Translations under genes and position numbers: made by a program
Part shown: one piece after another, positions 8,668-14,470 of the stretch
How the letters are laid out: every line of letters starts with the position of its first letter
Position numbering within the stretch: the first letter of the stretch is position 1
Assembly (NCBI GenBank): GCA_964547295.1
Contig: CAZJMH010000003.1
Coordinates: forward strand, 9,318 to 33,317
Direction: 5' to 3'
Source: an uncultured Gammaproteobacteria bacterium
GTDB taxonomy: Bacteria; Patescibacteriota; Microgenomatia; UBA12405; JAHJSD01
Length of the DNA stretch: 24,000 nucleotides
Notes under the pieces: generated by a model
What the model was told of the DNA's origin: nothing
The model's database searches: none
The model's input: the letters and a program-made list of their open reading frames with translations, nothing else

Positions 8668-9228
8668 ATGGAAAAGCTATATTTAATCTTAAAAATCTTA
8701 GCAGGTTTTATTTTTTTATTTCAGTCTTTTCGGTTGTTAAAAAAAGATTATCCAGAAGAGCAAATAGTCAAAGCAAGCGTAATAGGGGTTATTTTAGCAT
8801 TTGGTATCAACTATGTTAGCGGTTTTTTAAATTTGCAACTTCTTGTTTTTGGGTTAATTTTAGTTTCTACTTTAATAGTTTATATTTTCAGTCTTTTATT
8901 AAACTGGCGTTTTTGGCCGGTAATGGAGGCAATTACTTGGCCAGGTTTGGTAAGTCTTTCGATATCTTTTGGTGGTCAAATGGAAGGTTTAATTTATCTT
9001 TTGGCCGTTTTAATAAGTTTCTATTGGAAAAATTACCGAAATTTTTTCTGGTATCCGAGCGGCAGAGCCGGTTTTTTTTTCCTAGTTAACTTGTGTTTTG
9101 TTGCTTTTTTGCATATTGGACTTGATTTTTGGCAACAGAGGTTGGTAGAATTGATTGCTTGGTCAACATTTTTACTTGCTGGTTTAAGTGGAATTATTTT
9201 ACTTTCCGGCGGTGAAAAAAGAGATTAA
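8668..9228 (+). CDS. hypothetical polytopic membrane protein (186 aa)
   Basis: Five to six hydrophobic helices (e.g. ILKILAGFIFLFQSF, LLVFGLILVSTLIVYIFSLLL, FFFLVNLCFVAFLHIGL). No recognisable motif. Confidence 0.7.
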   Translation: MEKLYLILKILAGFIFLFQSFRLLKKDYPEEQIVKASVIGVILAFGINYVSGFLNLQLLVFGLILVSTLIVYIFSLLLNWRFWPVMEAITWPGLVSLSISFGGQMEGLIYLLAVLISFYWKNYRNFFWYPSGRAGFFFLVNLCFVAFLHIGLDFWQQRLVELIAWSTFLLAGLSGIILLSGGEKRD

Positions 9229-9254
9229 TTTATAAATTATGGTAGAAAGCAAAA

Positions 9255-9632
9255 ATGAATGATGTAAACGAAAAATTTACTTTTCCTCAATCTGTTTTGG
9301 AACCAGTAAAAAAATTTTTAACTGAAGAGTTAAAAAAAATAAAAAAACAAGTTGAAAAAGTAGAAAAGGATGATCCGTTTAGTAATGAAGATCGGGTTGA
9401 TGATAATGCTAAACCAGATATGGAGGCAGATGAGCAGTTTGGTCATGCCCGGGCAAAAGCAATTTCCGGTCAATTAAACAAGCGAATGATACAAATTAAA
9501 AAAGCTTTAACTAGAGTTAAAATTGGCCAATATGGAATTTGTGAGGATTGTGGCGAGTTTATTAATACTAAAAGGTTGATGGTTTATCCGGAGACTACTA
9601 AATGTGTCAAGTGTCAAGAAAAAGCTTCCTGA
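9255..9632 (+). CDS. DksA/TraR-family C4 zinc-finger protein
   Basis: C-terminal CEDCGEFINTKRLMVYPETTKCVKCQ four-Cys finger, preceded by a charged helical region. Size (125 aa) is typical for the family. Confidence 0.8.
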   Translation: MNDVNEKFTFPQSVLEPVKKFLTEELKKIKKQVEKVEKDDPFSNEDRVDDNAKPDMEADEQFGHARAKAISGQLNKRMIQIKKALTRVKIGQYGICEDCGEFINTKRLMVYPETTKCVKCQEKAS

Positions 9633-10335
9633 CCCAGAAATAATTTATCAAGATAAAAATATTTTTGTTATTAATAAACCGGCCGGATGGGTAACCCTTA
9701 AAGTTAATACCTATAAGGGTTTTACACTTCAGGATTGGGTCGAAAAAAAGTTTCAAGAGATTCGACAAGCCCGAAATAGATATAAAAATTCGGCTTTTAT
9801 CAGGCGATTTGGTATTGCTCATCGGCTGGATAAAGACACTTCGGGTCTGATTTTGGGGGGGAAAGATGAACAGTCATTTCAAGCTTTGCAATCTCAATTT
9901 AAAACCCGGCAAGTTAAAAAGGAATATTGGGCTTTAGTTAGAGGAAAACTTAAAAGTGAAGGCAAATTGGTAAGTCCAATTGGTCGACTACCAAGTAATA
10001 AGCTTAAAAGAGGGGTAACTTTAACCGGCAAGCCTTCAGTAACAAAATTTAAACCCCTTTGTTATTATAAAATTAATAATCAGGTTTATACCTTGGTTAT
10101 AGTTTGGCCCAAAACAGGGAGAACCCACCAAATAAGGGTTCATTTTAAGCACTTAGGCCATCCTGTATTTGGTGATCAGCTTTATGGTGGAAAAAAAGAA
10201 ACGAATAAAAACATGTTTTTGGTAGCTAAAAAAATAAGTTTTTTCCACCCGAAAACAGAAAATATTTACCAATTTGAAATAGATTTACCAATTAAACTAA
10301 GAAGGATTATTGATGAGGCAAAAAAGACAAAATAA
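9604..10335 (+). CDS. RluA-family 23S/tRNA pseudouridine synthase (no S4 domain)
   Basis: IIYQDKNIFVINKPAGW, catalytic-Asp box HRLDKDTSGLIL, and TGRTHQIRVHF. GTG start overlapping the preceding gene by 29 nt. Confidence 0.88.
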   Translation: MSSVKKKLPDPEIIYQDKNIFVINKPAGWVTLKVNTYKGFTLQDWVEKKFQEIRQARNRYKNSAFIRRFGIAHRLDKDTSGLILGGKDEQSFQALQSQFKTRQVKKEYWALVRGKLKSEGKLVSPIGRLPSNKLKRGVTLTGKPSVTKFKPLCYYKINNQVYTLVIVWPKTGRTHQIRVHFKHLGHPVFGDQLYGGKKETNKNMFLVAKKISFFHPKTENIYQFEIDLPIKLRRIIDEAKKTK

Positions 10336-11218
10336 AAATAAAAAAAAATGGTTAAGAATAATCTTAAGCCTACTTTTTTTATTTGGTTTGAGTTTTTTAA
10401 TTATTCAGGTTGTGATCAGGTTTAGAATGAGTTGGTCTGGAAATGAGCAAATATCATTTGGGCTTGAAAGTGAAAGTGGAGAAGTATTGATAGTTACTTT
10501 AACTCCAGCTAAAGACATGGCAGTTGTTACACGTATTCCAGGGGAAACAATTATTGAAACGCCGTGGTTTGGTAATTATACTGTCAATAAGCTTTACCTT
10601 TTGGTCAATCAGGAAGAGAATGAAAATATCTTTAATCGCAGTTTAAGCTATTATTTAGGTCTGCCAGTTGATTTTGGCTATCGTGATTTTAATTTTAAAA
10701 AAGACTTTGAATTGTCTTTTTTAAAAAACGAGCTTTCTGCCTTTTTCTTTCCCCCGAAAAATATAACTCATTGGCGAGTTTGGAGATACTTAAAAATAAA
10801 GGATTTGGTTTGGAAGACAATAGATTTATCTGATTATGGACAATTAGGTTCTTTAGCTGATGGTTCAGAAGTGTTTTTGGTCGACCCCGATAAAATTGAT
10901 CAACAATTATGGGCTTATTTTTCTGACCCGTTAATTAAAGGAGAAGACATAAGTTTGTCTATTTTCAATGCTGGGGGGAAAAGCGGCTTAGCAAAAAAAA
11001 TATCTGCTCTTTGTAAAAATATTGGAATTCGTGTTGTTGAAGTTGGAGACCAAGAGGAAATTAATCAAGATTGTTTATTAATAGCTAATGACGAAAAATT
11101 GTTAACTTCTTATACAGTAAAGCGACTACATCGTTTACTTGGTTGTAATTTAGAATTAGGTAATGTCAGAGGTCTTGGCAACCTAAATTTAATAATTAAA
11201 AATGTTAAAATAAACTAA
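10313..11218 (+). CDS. membrane-anchored protein with C-terminal LytR_C-like domain
   Basis: The ATG at 10313 is used (the track start at 10310 is TTG). N-terminal basic stretch plus TM helix (WLRIILSLLFLFGLSFLIIQVVI). The C-terminal ISLSIFNAGGKSGLAKKISALCKNIGIRVVEVGD matches the pattern of the LytR cell-envelope-related C-terminal domain. Confidence 0.65.
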   Translation: MRQKRQNKNKKKWLRIILSLLFLFGLSFLIIQVVIRFRMSWSGNEQISFGLESESGEVLIVTLTPAKDMAVVTRIPGETIIETPWFGNYTVNKLYLLVNQEENENIFNRSLSYYLGLPVDFGYRDFNFKKDFELSFLKNELSAFFFPPKNITHWRVWRYLKIKDLVWKTIDLSDYGQLGSLADGSEVFLVDPDKIDQQLWAYFSDPLIKGEDISLSIFNAGGKSGLAKKISALCKNIGIRVVEVGDQEEINQDCLLIANDEKLLTSYTVKRLHRLLGCNLELGNVRGLGNLNLIIKNVKIN

Positions 11219-11219
11219 T

Positions 11220-11921
11220 ATGTCTGGACATTCAAAATGGGCAAACATCAAACGTCAGAAAAACGCTCAGGATCGTGAACGGGGAAAAGTTTTTAGTCGT
11301 TTGTCGAAACTAATAACTACGGCAGTAAAGGAAGGCGGGTCTTCTGACCCAGAAAAAAATGTCCAGTTGCGGCAGGTAATTGACCGTGCTAAAGAAGAGG
11401 ATATGCCTAAGGATAATATTAAGAGGGCTATAGAAAATGCTATAAAAAAGGCGGAATCTACTAAAGATGTTATTCTGGAGGGCTATGGTCCTTTCGGTGT
11501 TGGGGTATTAATAAAGGCAGCCACTGATAATCGCCAACGGACAATTCAAGAAATTAAAAATATTTTTGAAACTCATGGCGGCAATTTAGCTGAGCCTGGT
11601 TCAGTAAAATATAAATTTTTACGCCAGGGTAGGGTAGTGGTCGAAAAATTGGAAGAAGAGTTAATTTTAGATTTAATTGATTATGGGGCTGAGGATATTA
11701 GAGAGGATAATGATAAATTAATTATTATTATTTCGCCTGATCAGTTAAATGAATTTATTAATAAAATAAAAGAAAAATATCAGATTATTGAGTCCAAAGT
11801 AGAGGTATTAGCTAAAGAAAAGCTGCCTATTGATGATTTGCCGAAAAAAGAAAAAATTATTGAATTCATTAATTTAATTAAAGAACATCCGGATGTAGAA
11901 GAGGTATTTACTAATGTCTAA
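11220..11921 (+). CDS. yebC: YebC/PmpR-family DNA-binding regulatory protein
   Basis: Diagnostic N-terminus MSGHSKWANIKRQKNAQDRERGKVFSRL, and NVQLRQVIDRAKEEDMPKDNIKRAI. Confidence 0.93.
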   Translation: MSGHSKWANIKRQKNAQDRERGKVFSRLSKLITTAVKEGGSSDPEKNVQLRQVIDRAKEEDMPKDNIKRAIENAIKKAESTKDVILEGYGPFGVGVLIKAATDNRQRTIQEIKNIFETHGGNLAEPGSVKYKFLRQGRVVVEKLEEELILDLIDYGAEDIREDNDKLIIIISPDQLNEFINKIKEKYQIIESKVEVLAKEKLPIDDLPKKEKIIEFINLIKEHPDVEEVFTNV

Positions 11922-12687
11922 GAGAACTTATTTTCTTATTTCTAGCTTATTTTTAACCATAGTCTTCTTTCTTCTAAGTTTGGTATCTTTTGAGTGGAAA
12001 TATACAGTAATTATCGGATTTTCTATCGGAGTTAGCCTTTATCATGGAATTCTTTTTTTCAATATGGTCAAAAAAAAGCTTAATCTTGTCTTTAGTTCTT
12101 TTTTACCTGCTCTATTTAGTTTAAGTATAAGTTTATTCAGGTTTTTATTTGCGGTAAGTTGGACTTGGCAAGTAGTATTAATTCTAGTTTTTCTTTTTGG
12201 AATTTATACTTTATTTTTAATGGAAAATGTATTCCTCGTTTCTACAGAAATAAAAGCAGTTCCTCTTTACCGAACAGCTAATACAGTTAGTTTTTTAATG
12301 TCTCTAATAACTGCCTTTTTCATTTATGAAGTGCTTTTTTCTTTTCGGCTATCAGTTTGGCAAAATGGTTTAATTGTTTTTGGATCCAGCCTGCCATTAT
12401 TATTTCATTTTTTCTGGTCAACGACACTCATTTCACCATTTAAGGTAAATAAACTAATTTCATCGTTAATTTTCTCGTTAATATTGGGAGAAGTTGCCCT
12501 AGCGATATCTTTTTTACCCCTGGGAACAACAAAATCAGCCCTTTATCTAACCAGCGTTTCTTATGTGTTTTTAGGTTTATCTCAGGCCTTTTGCCAGGAA
12601 AAATTATTTAAAGAAACAATAAGAGAATTTGTTTTAGTTGGCGTAGGCACATTTATAGCTCTGTTTTTAGTGACCAGCTGGCGTTAA
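11914..12687 (+). CDS. hypothetical polytopic membrane protein (257 aa)
   Basis: Seven or so hydrophobic helices. The ATG overlaps the yebC stop by 8 nt. This is the last + strand gene before the non-coding island. Confidence 0.7.
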   Translation: MSKRTYFLISSLFLTIVFFLLSLVSFEWKYTVIIGFSIGVSLYHGILFFNMVKKKLNLVFSSFLPALFSLSISLFRFLFAVSWTWQVVLILVFLFGIYTLFLMENVFLVSTEIKAVPLYRTANTVSFLMSLITAFFIYEVLFSFRLSVWQNGLIVFGSSLPLLFHFFWSTTLISPFKVNKLISSLIFSLILGEVALAISFLPLGTTKSALYLTSVSYVFLGLSQAFCQEKLFKETIREFVLVGVGTFIALFLVTSWR

Positions 12688-13378
12688 GAGTAGGGAAGTG
12701 GTAGTAAAGCCTATAATAAAAGATAATAATATCCTATAATTTAAAATCACTCTAGTGAAAACTATAGGATTGTTTTCACAGATAGCAATTACTTAGTTGG
12801 TTTGCTAAATATACTTATTAAGCGAGGTTTATCCGATAGGAGTGATAAATTTAATAGTCAATATGTGGAAAACTAGTTTTTCTTCAAGACAAGTTAGTAG
12901 TGACTTTTTTTAGGCTTTTTTGTCGATTTTATTGGTTTTTTATGAACTTTTAATTTTATATTTTAATTAATAAGGTTACGTGCCTTACTCCTTTATATGG
13001 AGATATGTAAAAGAGAATAAATTTTAGTAGAGTCGCACAATGTTTCTTTTGCGACGCGATAATAAATAGAATAGGGAATGAAGCTAAAATTAAGATTTTT
13101 AATTTTTTTTAATTTTAATTTAGATTCTTATTTCTTAATATTATTATTTTATTTATAACTTTTAATTTCATCTTCTTTTTAGTTGAGTTTTCTAAATTTA
13201 ATTTATATTTAACTCCTCAACCACTACTCTAATCAAAAAAATGTTCAAAAAATAAAAAGTTGATTGGTGATTGAGGCCCAACGTAGCTATGGACAATTAA
13301 AAACCGCTTAGAATGCCTCTAGTAAGTTTATTCCTAGGAATAGGAGAAAATGGATGAAAAGGCTAAAGACTAATAACC

Positions 13379-13448
13379 GATGACTGATGATTAATGATTA
13401 GTGATTAGTGTTTAACTTCTAACTTCTTATTGCTAATTTTTAATTACT
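13379..13448 (+). repeat. degenerate heptanucleotide tandem array (~10 units, core (G/A)ATTAGT / TGATTAG)
   Basis: Units read TGACTGA TGATTAA TGATTAG TGATTAG TGTTTAA CTTCTAA CTTCTTA TTGCTAA TTTTTAA. By hand count 45 of 63 positions are identical at lag 7, against about 30% expected. Confidence 0.75.
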
Positions 13449-13474
13449 GCTATCTCTTACAACGTCGCACAATC

Positions 13475-13503
13475 TTGACAGGATATGGTAATTATGTTAA
13501 CTT
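13475..13503 (+). promoter_or_regulatory. putative promoter of the xer-type recombinase gene
   Basis: Perfect -35 TTGACA (13475-13480), a 17-nt spacer, then TAACTT (13498-13503). The predicted start lies only ~4-5 nt before the ATG at 13515 (near-leaderless). Confidence 0.35.
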
Positions 13504-13514
13504 AAAATAACAAG

Positions 13515-14468
13515 ATGTCAAAAAATAAAAATCTCAATCTCTGGTCGTTGGTCAACCGTTTTTTAGACTCAATTGAAATTGAACGAAATTGTTCTCCTTT
13601 AACAGTCAGAAATTATCGGCACTATTTAAAGCGTTTATATAATTTTCTAAAGGCACAGAAAAAAGACTTATCCCCTACTCTTTCTGATCTTACCATAAAA
13701 AATATACGGAAATTCCGTATCCATTTGGCAAGAATTAAGACTCGCAAAGGAACCTTTTTAAAGAAAAAAACTCAAGGTTATCATATAATTGCTCTTAGGT
13801 CTTTTTTAAGTTGGCTAATAAAAAATAATTATAATGTTGTTGCTCCAGATAAAATAGATTTACCGAAAACAGATGAACGACAGGTAGATTTTCTTGATAT
13901 TGATCAACTGAAAAAATTTTTAAATCAGCCGATTATATCGACAAAAATCGGATTGAGAGACAAGGCAATTTTAGAGACTTTATTTTCTACTGGTCTTCGT
14001 GTAAGCGAATTAGTTCGACTAAATCGTGATGAAATAAACCTTAAAAGTCAAGAAGTGGGTGTTGTTGGTAAAGGCCAAAAAGCAAGAGTTGTTTTTCTTT
14101 CTGATCGAGCAGTCAAATGGCTGGATCGGTATTTGGTTTCTCGGGACGACCATTATGATCCTTTATTTATAAGATATTCTGGAAAAACTGGTCCTTCTAT
14201 GGGAGATGAGGAAATGCGTTTGTCTGCACGGTCAGTTCAGCGTTTAGTTGAAAAATATCGTAAAAAAGCAAAAATTCCCGTTAAAGTAACTCCTCATGTT
14301 TTACGACACTCTTATGCCACTGATTTGCTTCGTCAGGGAGCTGATTTGCGTTCTGTTCAGGAACTGCTTGGACATAAAAATATTTCCACCACTCAGATTT
14401 ATACTCATGTTACTGATCGTCATTTGCATCAGACTCACAAAAAATATCACTCCGGCAATAAAAAATAA
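13515..14468 (+). CDS. XerC/XerD-type tyrosine site-specific recombinase
   Basis: N-terminal SAM-like core-binding domain (FLDSIEIERNCSPLTVRNYRHYLKRL). Catalytic residues in context: TGLRVSEL (Arg), HVLRHSYATDLL (His-x-x-Arg), LLGHKNISTTQIYTHV (His, Tyr). Confidence 0.9.
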   Translation: MSKNKNLNLWSLVNRFLDSIEIERNCSPLTVRNYRHYLKRLYNFLKAQKKDLSPTLSDLTIKNIRKFRIHLARIKTRKGTFLKKKTQGYHIIALRSFLSWLIKNNYNVVAPDKIDLPKTDERQVDFLDIDQLKKFLNQPIISTKIGLRDKAILETLFSTGLRVSELVRLNRDEINLKSQEVGVVGKGQKARVVFLSDRAVKWLDRYLVSRDDHYDPLFIRYSGKTGPSMGDEEMRLSARSVQRLVEKYRKKAKIPVKVTPHVLRHSYATDLLRQGADLRSVQELLGHKNISTTQIYTHVTDRHLHQTHKKYHSGNKK

Positions 14469-14470
14469 GT

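Larger units (their letters stand above)
12688..13514. other. 827-bp ORF-free, compositionally heterogeneous AT-rich island at the convergence of the + and - gene blocks
   Basis: No ORF of 60 aa or more in any of six frames. The core 13081-13200 has only 14 G/C in 120 nt by hand count. It is repeat- and palindrome-rich (see findings). Confidence 0.8.

Noticed and set aside
13078-13158. A 26-codon hydrophobic mini-ORF (MKLKLRFLIFFNFNLDSYFLILLFYL) in the AT-rich core, considered as a type I toxin-like peptide.
   Set aside because: Phe/Leu/Ile/Asn strings arise automatically from ~88% AT DNA. There is no properly spaced SD, no evident antisense RNA promoter and no conservation evidence.
12688-13514. 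Chromosomal replication origin (oriC): an AT-rich DUE-like core plus DnaA-box-like 9-mers GTTTTCACA (12772), TTATCCGAT (12829) and TGTGGAAAA (12864).
   Set aside because: The flanking genes converge on the island, whereas an origin should show divergence. dnaA and dnaN are not nearby. The box matches are 6-8/9, and about 0.3 such hits are expected by chance in this AT-rich stretch.
13515-14468. Reading the tyrosine recombinase as a phage or ICE integrase marking a mobile element.
   Set aside because: There are no phage, conjugation or cargo genes on either side. No tRNA is adjacent to it, and the flanks are core housekeeping genes. The sequence has the XerC/D-type N-terminal domain. Only the short non-coding island could be mobile-derived.
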